A stretch of DNA of 63,741 nucleotides, filler included, from Hausera hauseri (taxonomy: Eukaryota), in NCBI GenBank assembly GCA_046269625.1. It is 11 parts of 11 records of this genome, joined end to end, with 100 filler letters (N's around TTAATTAATTAA, not from the genome) between each part and the next. Parts side by side here need not be neighbours in the genome. Positions count along the whole stretch, not along the records: positions 8,869 to 13,223 come from JBJURY010620331.1; positions 13,324 to 18,987 come from JBJURY010210411.1; positions 19,088 to 26,088 come from JBJURY010044555.1; 8 more parts are not named here. One strand, written 5' to 3'. The position numbers were made by a program, and so were the translations under genes. The stretch's first letter is position 1, and every line of letters starts with the position of its first letter. Under the pieces are notes generated by a model, which saw nothing but the letters and a program-made list of their open reading frames with translations, was not told where the DNA came from and ran no database searches. Of this stretch, positions 11,620-22,479 are shown in pieces.

Positions 11620-12800
11620 GAGACGGAGAAATACGGTAATGTTAGCCAAGCAGTAAACCTGCAACGAAATAATTGCGCGATTTTGAATAATAGCATGCTG
11701 GGTATTTGATGCGACTTTTATGACAAAGTTAGTGATTACGAACTGCCGATCTGATAACGATGTTCGGTTGATGAATGTCAGTCGAATTATATCGGCAACC
11801 ATAAGGTGGAGGACATGAAGATGATAGATGAAATTTAGAATACGACGGTTTCATAACAAGGATCACAGAGTCCAGTAGCAAATCGTCTTTACTTTTAAAA
11901 TACGTTATTTGCACTGGAAAATGTCTTGAAAGGTGTGCCTCTATATCTGATATTAACACAGAATTAGTGTCCACTATGCTTTTCTCATCAAAATGGTATG
12001 TGAGACCTTGCGAATGTGATGAAAATGAGAGTGAATCAATACTGTCCCGATTAACCAAAAACCCAGTTGGTGGGAAAATTCCAGTCGTTTGTAAACAATT
12101 ATGTGTCTTTAATTCCATTGATTGTTTGTATGTTAGCAAAGGAAAGACGACACAAGTGACTTGTCTTAGAGCATTATTGGAAGATAGAGGTGGAGTACAA
12201 TAAATATGATTGTTGTTGTCTTCATCTTTATCAGAATAATTAACGTGCTTACATTTTATTGACAATGTATTCAAAAGCTTGGTACTTTGAGAACTGGATA
12301 GAGATTTGAAATTATATTTGGAAGACGTTGATACTCCAGGATCTTCGTAAAATCCTTTGTTGGTTAGATGAGATTTTGGTTTGGTTCTATATTTTACTTT
12401 GATGTCACGGGGACACTTAATGACTTTAAACCAAATACTCTCCTTTGTTATATCTCAACTGCAACAAAATTCGCAACTGCAAGTCATGTTTCTGTAGGAT
12501 TTCCTCGCTGTCCTTCCCGGCACGACTGACGCATTTCACTAGGTAATATTCGTTTGTATTTTCATTTTCCAAACGGTATTTATCCAGAATTTCTCGCATA
12601 ACGTATTCTGCAGTGTCGTTGATTGAAAGCAAAAGCTATTTGTATGGCAACATGGGATTTAAACTTCCACCGTAAATTTTTAACATTCCGCCGGCGAGTA
12701 CGTCACCGCTCTTCGTAATTTGGTGCAATTTCTCTTCCAACTTTAAACGACGCTTTTAATCGCATCAAAAATTCGGATTCTGTCGATGTATTACATGACG
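11620..12800 (-). pseudogene. AFDN: Afadin/canoe fragment (second RA domain and start of the DIL region)
   Basis: KRRLKLEEKL..GGMLKIYGGSLNPMLPYK*LLLSINDTAEYVMREILDKY (RA2) and FPVQITY..DDLLLDSVI...FHLS...CRY...YCLANITVFL (pre-DIL region). Confidence 0.8.
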
Positions 12801-13340
12801 ATGTTGCTTGGAGATTTTGCCACCTTCTTCAAACCTTTGTGGCTTGATTTATTCAGACATTGGTTGCTATTTGAATTGATTCATTTACTAGATAATAGGC
12901 GATCCATCTTGAATTTTGATTGTCTGTTCATGCAATTATAAAACAATAGTTTTGTAAAGACCGTCTAACGGCAAAATCCGGCTGTGTCCAGTTAAATGGG
13001 CCAGGGGAGCTAAAATCTAGTTATTCGAGGTAGGTGAAAATTCGAGGATTGGAGAGACAGTAATTTTCATACCCAAAAATGAAAGTTCGCTGAATGAAGG
13101 GACAACAATTTAACCGGTTTCTTTCTTGAATATAAAGTTTTGTACTCGTACCAACATATTGGCGTTTGTGTATTTCATGTCTTATTTTGAATATTACTTA
13201 TTTAATTATTATCATAACCTACTNNNNNNNNNNNNNNNNNNNNNNNNNNNNNNNNNNNNNNNNNNNNTTAATTAATTAANNNNNNNNNNNNNNNNNNNNN
13301 NNNNNNNNNNNNNNNNNNNNNNNTGCGCAACGCTATTTAA

Positions 13341-13635
13341 TTGCCATTAACGCAAACGGTCAAAATCAAACCAGTGAAATATGGTCTATTGGTGAAAAAG
13401 TTCAGCGACGATGATTTGGATACAATGGAAGACACAATTGAAAAAGCTGACAGTGATTTAGCGTTGAGTAACGATATCCGAGATACATCGTCGATTTTTC
13501 TCAAAGGAAATATATCGAAAATTGTCAGTTCACATGACGGTAAAAAAACAACAACAGCAGCAGCAGCAGCAGCAGTTTTGCTACCGGAAGGAGCTAAAGG
13601 CCATCTAACATTGAAGTTACAAGAATACAAGGACA
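13341..13635 (+). pseudogene. Small Polinton-associated ORF, 3'-truncated (homolog of 53130-53566)
   Basis: Colinear with the contig-9 copy (LSNDIRDTS.IFLKGN..KIVSSH..PEGAKG.LTLKL); similarity stops at about 13635. Confidence 0.7.
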
Positions 13636-13799
13636 TTGTAGTTCCTTTGTTAAAAAATCCAAAACGAACAAGAGACACAATGCTTCTCAAACTAAGGTTT
13701 ATTATTTTAAATGCCAAAAAATCGATAAACTTTATATACAGATCATTAGCATAACATAATATAATTTTCAATTGATGTTTTGTTGTAGCAATTCAACAG

Positions 13800-14030
13800 A
13801 AAGGTTGTTAGCTTTTTGAAAACGTTAATGTGCGTTCACCACCCAACAGCTTGTGAACGTCGTCTGGATAAACCGTGACATCGAAGTCGTAATCGCTGTC
13901 AACAAGAGCTCGAATTAATTGTGCGCTGTTTAGGAAATGTACATTGTCATCTTTAGTTCCATGAATAAGCAGATATTTTTGTTAAGGAATATGGTGGCCA
14001 GTTGTGAGATATCAGTTTGAGACTATAGGC
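13800..14030 (-). pseudogene. Dipeptidyl peptidase IV (S9B) C-terminal catalytic fragment
   Basis: Not in the ORF track; minus strand reads KYLLIHGTKDDNVHFLNSAQLIRALVDSDYDFDVTVYPDDVH, containing the catalytic Asp and His motifs. Confidence 0.85.
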
Positions 14031-14625
14031 CAAATATTCGATGAATATTTTTATTTTGGCAGAACAACACGAAAACACTTGATCAAAACTTTTTGTTGAC
14101 GTATTAGTTAACCTGTCTTTGAACTTTGTTTCAAGTATCGATTGTTGTTATATTGTCAGAACATTGTGTACCGAATCATCCACCGCTAATTTAATCTAGC
14201 GTTGATTTTATGGTGTCCTCATATACAGTAATTAAAAGCATGACGCTGACACCTGTTTCTTGATCACTCGAATATTTACTTGATCGGATTTATTTGACCT
14301 TCGTCTTCCACTTATTAATGAATATTACCGATACCGTCATAGAATAATAATTGGTGTGTTGTATAGTCTGGATTGAGGGTATCCAGTATTTTATATGTTG
14401 TGTTCGGATACAAGAAAATCGTTCTGTTGTAAATTGAGTCATTGTGTCAAATCTCAAATAGGGATCTATAAATCTGGGTTGTTGTGGTCCTGATGAGATA
14501 TTCTGGCACGATGAGACAAAAGCAACAAAAGCGCGTCAATTCGTCAGCAATTACAAAACAAATAACAACAAATGATAAAACAAAACAGAGTATTTAAAAG
14601 TCCTTGTTGGGCACAACAGATATGC

Positions 14626-17600
14626 ACGACTTTTTTATTCGTTACCGTATACAGCTAGTGCTCAATCGATCGGATGATCGTTTGTGGCACAACTGCCTTT
14701 GATTCATCTCCTCCTTCTTTATAGATACGGCGATAATCACCGTGGTCGATTTCCGTCTGTCTCAGCTAGACTCCGTTTGCCCGCATTTTCGGTTCACAAT
14801 CAGTCAGAAGACTGTAGTTCTTTGGGCGTAGGAATATCCATTCCCGATACTGAACCCTGCCTTTACTTTCATCCTTGAAGCAGCCGATTTTGTTGGTGAT
14901 CGCACTACTGTACAACGGATAATCCGGTGGATAGTTGGACGTGTCTAGTAGTCCATCTACCATTATTTGCCGGAGAAGTTGGTCGCGATTGACGTTTTTC
15001 AGCTGAAGGAAAAAGCTGTCTGTGTCATCGGCAACGACACTGATCTCAGAGCCGTCGAACATTTGCCGGTAACGTGCCAAGTCGAGATATTGGAGCTCAT
15101 ACATTCGCAACTTGCTCAGGTCCAATACAACTTATCCGATGTAATTTGGCCGGTCCAGAACGACTTATTCCCGGTTTAACAGCGCAGCAACCAATCCATC
15201 GGCAATGTGCATTGACTGCCGAAACTGCGCCTTAATCGTGTACGTGACCAACCGCTTTTCGCCATTGCATAGGCGTACATTAAGCCGCTTTTTTAGATTC
15301 TCCACTGTTTTCTGTACAGGGAATTATTTTTCAGCTTGTAGTAATCCTTTCCAAACTTTGTGCAAGATGTGGCTCGTTTCTCGGAATCTCCATCTATGTA
15401 CGCCTTAAATATGGGAGCCTGACCGAATCGGATTGCACGATGCAGTTGTGTGACGCGTACACCCAACTGCATGTAGAACTGTAGCAGGCGCCAATGGACC
15501 ACGTAGTTCAGCTTCGGTTCATGCGTCATGACCAGTTTCTTCACTTTTGAGCCTGACGGACATTGGTTAAATGGTGCGACCGGTAAATCGTCCAAAACGT
15601 CATGCAGCTGATCTGGTACCACGAGATCGACCTTCATCAAGTATTCGACTGAGCCTGCCATGTCCGCTTGTGGTAGGTTAACCATTATGTCGTCTAGATC
15701 TTGCTGTAGATTACCCATTCTAATGAACCGTACTGCAAGGGTTGAGAAAGCGCCCAGACATAGAGGTTATTAATATCAATATATAGCAGTGATGTGGTAT
15801 CAGTAGCAGTGACCTGATGCTTGTTGGCAAAAGGCATGCCACCACGAATACCCACCATCAAACAGCCGGTACATTTCCGGGTCTTGCAGCAGCTTAATGT
15901 CTCGATCCAGTGATATTATAGCTGACGCCAAACTCATTCCCGGTATGGAATAAAAGATGAGTGGCTCCAGCCTATCTTCAGTCAACATTTTCGCCCGAAA
16001 CGCCTCGAACACATCGGCCAATAAGTACACGTCCAGTTTGAGATACTGAAGCAAGTACTCCAACATGTTTCTACAGCCGAGTTCTGTCCAATATTCTTGT
16101 CCGCTCAGATATTCTTCTTTGGTGATGCCTGTCCATCGTGGCGGTAATTCCTCTGCTGTCCGGAGTAGCTCTTATGATGTTGAAAAGTCATATGGAAATA
16201 TGCCTTTGTTGCATACAATATGTGTGGGGAACTGCAATGAGGTTATAGGCACATCCGGCAAGGCATTTACCAGCTTCGCCAATAATTCATTGAGAAATTG
16301 CAATGAATTAAGGAAGCGTACCAGGAACCGGTTTATGCATGCTGACAGGGACAGGTACTTCTCCAATGTTGTTGGTATTATGGACAGTTCCCAGTGTGGA
16401 AATCCGTTGATGGCCCATTTCAGTATATGGTGACAAACATAACCTCGGAAATTATGAAAGATCACCGGTAGGAATGGTCGCACACGCCTCGCTAAATTGC
16501 ATGAATTACACGCTGCTCCCAAGTACAGACCGGTAAAATGGTCGTGATCCGGTACGAGTCGTTCCTGTGCATCAATCGGTATCATTTTGTGGCACAGATA
16601 ATATACGTCAGGCGTTCGTCTTCATCTGTCCAAATAAGGGGTTTTGTGTTGTTATTGCGATACCACGGTGCGATTTCCGATTCAACTGTTGTTTTCAAAT
16701 GATACAGTAAATCACGCACACAGTCCCATCCGTGAAACATGTAATACTGTGGTTGACCTGCAGCTTTTATTGGAACAACCAACATTCCGACGGCGATTGG
16801 AACATGTTTTTGATCGAATACGTCGTGCCGTGGTAGGATTGCCTCAATATCAGCATATACCACATATGCTGGACTGACCGTTTTCGACCCGTCACTAAAT
16901 TGCAGCTCCTTCTTGACTGGCATGATATACATTGTTGTTCCTGATGCAATTTGTCTGCACAGAGTCACATGTTTCTCCCATGTTGTTTCCGACCTAAATC
17001 CTTTCAAACATACAGGACATCATTTACAACGTATACGCTTTTCGATGAACTGATGGTGATCCATGTTCAACAGTCTGTCCACATTTGTCACGGCCACGTA
17101 AATTAAATTTTTCTGCCTGCTCCAATAATAACAAATTTACTGTGTGTCCATTCGGGTTCCCACTTTGATAGATTATATCCACATGTGGATTCTTATAAAT
17201 TTCTTCGTCTGCCGGTATTTCAACTGTTGTATTGTACGGGAACACGTTGATTGACAATGTCGGATTATGCCGTTCAACTGTTGGCATGGTTTTTAGTTTC
17301 ATTAGCATCCAGTTTTCGTCGAATTGCAATTTGGAAAAAAGACTGCCTACACTGACTTGTACGATATGCACTATGTCTGTATACTGTGTCATATTTTAAT
17401 ACCACCAGAACACTGTAAATAAAACAGTAATCATCTTCCGTGTTTTTTACATTTACTACCGCATAAGAGTGCTTTAGGGCTTCAGGTGACGGTTTGAATG
17501 AACCTCCGGACAGGTAAATTATGCCACTCAAATCTTTTATCATAAAACCGCTTTTTTCACCCAACTTTTCATCTATGTGGGCAACGAAATCTTTGGAATA

Positions 17601-18376
17601 TGGAACTCCTCTATGTGGCAGGTACCATTGTTTCCTGTCACCCTGCAGATTCTCAAATTCTGCAAGTGCATAATATTGCACTTTGCAGTTCTGCTGTTTG
17701 AATTTCTCCACTTTGGTTTCTAACCGGTTGCGCACACGATCGGGTACATGCTTCAGCTGAGTTGTTGATTTCGCCGACATGTTTACTTTTATGTTCACGT
17801 ACGATCTGTTTAGGTCGTACTTAACACTAATGGGTGGCTCCTGCTGCTGCTGCTGCTGCTGCTGATGCTCTGTATTGCTGCTTTGCAGGTATTCATCAAG
17901 ACTTGTTGATGCTTGACGTTTCCTGCTTCTTGAGGGAATACGGCTTTTTTCTGCCTCCATTAATATTTTCTTTTTGGACCTCCGAAACTGGTTCAAGTGG
18001 TCCTTGTGCTCATTATAAAATTGTTCACAGTTGATTTCATCAACTATAAAACAATCGGGACAAATACAGGCCCGTTTACCGTGCACCATTGTGGCGCCAT
18101 AGTATTGATGCATTGCACTATGGCAACCATCAACGTTGTGCACTGTACTTGTACAGTACCGTGGGTACATGGGGCAATGCACTAGCATCATATTCTTCGA
18201 CCGTGTAAACGGTCCGAGATGGTGCTTATACATTTCATAAAAATCAGGGTACCGACACTGGGCCGAAATATTACACGTCGGACAGAGATATGTGTCCCTG
18301 TCCACTTTGTAATATTTCGCCATCTATCAATGGCACTGTTCTGTCTCCTCATGTATGAGAGAGAGACGCAATACAT
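14626..18376 (-). pseudogene. polB: Protein-primed DNA polymerase B (Polinton/Maverick type) with EndoVII-like insert
   Basis: VVNVKNTEDDYCF, YADIEA, DHDHFTG..GAACNSCN, FHNFRGY, YLKLDV.LLADVFE, KLKNNSLY, DTDS, FKDE; heavily disrupted and missing the last motif. Confidence 0.93.
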
Positions 18377-18561
18377 GGGATACTGATTACATTTCTAAAT
18401 TTAAACAAATTAACATTTAAAATAGATTAAAATTATAAATAGAATAAATTAAAATGTATAAACTTGTAAAATCAAACATTACGCATAACCCCAATTACCT
18501 TACTCTGTTATAAACGTTTCTTCCCCATGCTTCTACTACTACTATTACTACTACCAATCAA

Positions 18562-18831
18562 ATGGAACAGTACATTGGAAGTGAGATTCAGAAATTGACC
18601 GATGACATTTTGACCGGACATGTGTTTGATGTACAGTTTTTATGTGAGCTCACAGAAACCAGAATAATGAGCAGGCGAGAGCATATTGAATTGATAGTCA
18701 GATCGCTCTTCGTAAAACGTATCAAGGATGAAACGAGACGAAAACGACAACGACGTATTAATTTCCTCATTGGACTTGTATTTTCTGCTTCGCTTTGTAT
18801 TTTAATGAAAAAGTTGATTGACCGTATTTAA
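18562..18831 (+). CDS. Small protein with basic patch and C-terminal TM helix, divergent from polB
   Basis: RRKRQRR then INFLIGLVFSASLCILM; homolog at 48570-48826. Confidence 0.7.
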   Translation: MEQYIGSEIQKLTDDILTGHVFDVQFLCELTETRIMSRREHIELIVRSLFVKRIKDETRRKRQRRINFLIGLVFSASLCILMKKLIDRI

Positions 18832-18890
18832 TCAGAAATTTTGCTATGTTTGTTTTTGTGAATCAATATAATTTATCTGTTACATTTCAG

Positions 18891-18898
18891 TATAAATA
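18891..18898 (+). promoter_or_regulatory. TATA box upstream of the next element ORF (ATG at 18930)
   Basis: TTTCAGTATAAATAC conserved in the second copy (48459-48466, minus strand). Confidence 0.5.
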
Positions 18899-20315
18899 CA
18901 TGCGCTTCTTTACGGTACGACATTACGACATGTCCCATTTAACAGAACTCATTCATTTATATCACTTGTTCGACGGTCTACGGAGTCNNNNNNNNNNNNN
19001 NNNNNNNNNNNNNNNNNNNNNNNNNNNNNNNTTAATTAATTAANNNNNNNNNNNNNNNNNNNNNNNNNNNNNNNNNNNNNNNNNNNNATGGAAAAATCAG
19101 TAGAAGGCACCCAATGTCTTGTCCACACTAAGGCCGACTGACACATACACTTTTTTGTTTAGCACCTGTTTTTATCCGTCTGTTTTAATCGTTATATTTT
19201 TCACTTTGCCACGGGGGGCGTGATGTACCCTTTGACCCATTTGGTTGGGCAAGGCCGGGCCTCCGTTGCCGCCGCGTCGGGTCCATAGGCAGGCCCCCGG
19301 TCTTCCGCCTCGAAAGAGTTTCATGCATGTGATAGATCTTACTAAATCCACCATTATACTGCAAATGTGATGTTAAAAATTGTTTCTAATAACTTTTTAT
19401 TACAAAATTACGAAAGGATATATTTCAATCCAACATGAAAAATTTTGGTGTGGTACTTGATTCTTTGTTGCTCTAATGGAATGTATGCTGCACTATTTAA
19501 TCACTCTACTAGAAGAGATAAAACTCAGTAAACGCTTTATCATTCAAGGTATTCAAGAAAATCTCGACCTTCTGGTATATCTTTATAAACGTTGTCAATA
19601 ATAGGACGTTGTCAATAAACTTTGTCATTATAAAGGCTCAAACATGAAGGAACTGTTATGGTTGCCTTTATAAGAAATTATGAAAATCTGTTACCTTGAT
19701 GAAAACACATCTCACTCGCCGACTGGATTAAATTCGTTAAAATGTATTCGGTCAATTTTATCTCGCACATTTAGTTTCAAAGGGATACGCGATTTCGGAT
19801 TCAGTGTGCATCGATATGAAAGAAGGTCTTAGAAAAGTATCTACTCTTGTTTATACTCACTCGCTTCAAGATAATGAAGAATGCTTTTCACTATACGATG
19901 GCTTAGAAAATTGCTTGCCACAAGGAGAAACTAAATATAAATTCGTGGCATGAAATTGTTTTGAAAAAATTGCCCAGTTAAACTGTATCTTTTATCCGGG
20001 AAATCTGATACAGCACTGAGGAATAATTTACAAGGTAATTGGGATGTAGCCGTTGTGGAAGATGTTCCAATAAACAGCCTAAACATACTCGCATCGATAA
20101 TGGACAATTCCGTTCACGATAACGTATACCAAACATTTTGCCATGCCAATTACTGGTTTAAGTTTTTTTTAATAGTTTGTGTATGGATATTGTGCAATTC
20201 TTAACAAATATTGGAAGTTTAAAAGTCGATGTAAGTTTTCAAATTTTAACATTGAGAATCCAAAATATAGATTGGTTCTTTTTTACTTTTATGGCCACGA
20301 AAATTACAACTTCGA

Positions 20316-20860
20316 TTGTTACGTTACATTTTTTTGGGAACAAGCGGAAATGAATCTCCTTGTTATCTATCACAAGTAAATATATTTCATTTCCTGCTGG
20401 ACAATGGAGAGGGCTCGAATTTTGACGATTCATATGTAAGTCAAGTAGCAAAGTGCACTAGAAAGATCGATGCTGTTCTTCTGTCATACTTTGATGTTCG
20501 CCATTTAAAAGCTTCAACTTACTTTATTCGAAAGTATGGCCTCAGTAGTCAAATGCATGCCACTCTTTCAGTTTCCAGAACGAGTCATGTGACCATGCAC
20601 GACGCGTACATGTCGAAACTGTCAGACAATGAATTTGGTAAATGTAGATTGAATGATATCGACACTTCATGTTATTCGATTATACTATTGAAATGCAAAC
20701 ACTCTCGAAACCTCAATGGCAGAGTTCAGGATGTTTCTGTGACCCTGTTTCTGGACAGCCATATCCTCGGTGGAACGATTTGGAAGATTATAAAAGACGA
20801 CACTAAAGTTGCTTATGTCATCGATCACAATCTGAGAGTAGAAATACACAAATATTGGTG
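20316..20860 (+). pseudogene. CPSF2: CPSF100 N-terminal metallo-beta-lactamase-fold fragment
   Basis: ESPCYLSQV..FHFLLD, IDAVLLSY.D..HL, HILGGTIWKIIKD, YVIDHN. Confidence 0.9.
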
Positions 20861-21092
20861 TTAGGAAAATTTCTACCCTTCGTATATTCTCATAAAGGTA
20901 ATGTTCCTTTATTATCAAATTGAATTAATATCCAGTAATAATAATGCCCTTTAAGAAATTATTGATAGTGAAACATACAACACTCGATTGCAATCCTCAA
21001 CCGTTTTAATATCTAAGTATATAGAACCATATCCTCATCAATTTTATACCGATGTAAGTTTTACTGAGATTATCAAGTTATACAGTAATGTG

Positions 21093-21670
21093 GATTTGAC
21101 ACAACCCTGAGTTCACAACTTGCGACTTTTATATGGCTTATGCCGATTATAACGATTTGATGAAAATTGCCGAAGATTTAATATCCGGTTTGGTGCATTA
21201 TCTTTTCGGATCTTATAAGACAAAATATCGACTGAACGACAAAGAAGTTGAAGTGGATTTCACTCTACCTTTTAGAAAGGTTGATATGATGAGGGAGTTA
21301 GAAGATAAGCTGGGTGCTGAAGTTTCGAATCCTTTACAAATGCATACTGAAAGGTCTCGAGAAATTTTAGATAAGCTGTGTTGAAAAAAATGTTGTTTAC
21401 ACCACCCCACGAACGACAGCGCTGTTACTGGATAAATCAGTTAGTGAATTTACTGAATTCCCATGTATAAGTCCAACCTAAATTTTCAATCGCCCGGAGA
21501 TTATGTCGCCTCTTACAAAACATCATCGCAGCATTCCTGATTTAACTGAGAGATTTGAACTGTTCCTACTCACAAAAGAAATCTGCAATGCTTATGCAGA
21601 ATTGAATGATACGTTTGTGCAACGTCAACAATTTGAACAGCAAGCGAAGTACAAGGCAGCCGCTGATGAT
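21093..21670 (+). pseudogene. KARS1: Lysyl-tRNA synthetase catalytic-domain fragment
   Basis: [58 protein letters not shown]; ends at AAADD. Confidence 0.93.
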
Positions 21671-22479
21671 TTCCGTCATATAGTGTTGTTCGACCAGTTG
21701 AATAGAACATGTCCACAACTGCAGCATTTTCTAGATTATCTGTGTTCTTGTCATCAAATCAATCAAGTATCTCATTCTCCAATACTAAAGCCGTTTCTGT
21801 GCTTTACATTTGGTGAAAATCACCAAGGTCAGCGATACTCCAGAATGCAAATACTGGATTGGGTGCCTCATCCCATTCACTCTTTCACACCATGTTACCA
21901 TTGAATTGTGAAGATGCTATGTTTGAACTGATACTTAGTTATCTTATTGTCGACAATACCTGAAAAGCACAGAAATTCTGTTGTTATTCATGATTGTATA
22001 TTTGAAGCATTTTTTTTTCGATTGCGACCCAATTTCTTCCTCGTAGCTGAAACACAAGACACAGAACTTCTCGATTTCGCTAGAATGGCCTCTGAAGAAT
22101 GTCACGGAGTATGTGAAAGTACGTGGCAATCTGACTATAATGGAATTAATCCATCCCTTAACTATATGGAAAAGACACTAGACACAATCGTTATGTAAAT
22201 TAACAAATTATCTCATGACTTTCTCGATAACTACTTACACTTACGTGAAATGAGAGACATTTGCCGACGAAATTCCGACTCAGTCGGCACTCTAACAATT
22301 CGGACAATTCGCACATCATCTAGTGTTCATGGGAAAATTACTTCATTGAGCAATGAACCAGAAATTGCCGTAATCGTTGAGACCGATCCTCTCCAAACGC
22401 ATTATGCGCACAAGTCTTCACTAGCCCGTAAAATGCATTTGCTGCGTAGCAAACGTGGAGTGACCGATGCAGAAACAAT

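Noticed and set aside
14626-18376. Alternative genetic code or tiny introns explaining the broken ORFs
   Set aside because: All three stop types occur, along with 1-2 nt indels and substitutions in catalytic motifs that differ between copies; this is ordinary pseudogenisation
18530-18556. CTACTACTACT run as a Polinton terminus
   Set aside because: Internal to the colinear region; the second copy has an (AAC)n run at the same place
13324-18987. Claim that the pPolB element is capsid-less or integrase-less
   Set aside because: Both copies are cut by contig ends, so absence cannot be established
19210-20150. GC-rich patch and possible decayed coding sequence
   Set aside because: No family or RNA structure could be recognised with confidence
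21680-22470. Possible further gene fragments between KARS and Gypsy copy 2
   Set aside because: Protein-like stretches on both strands but no recognisable motif
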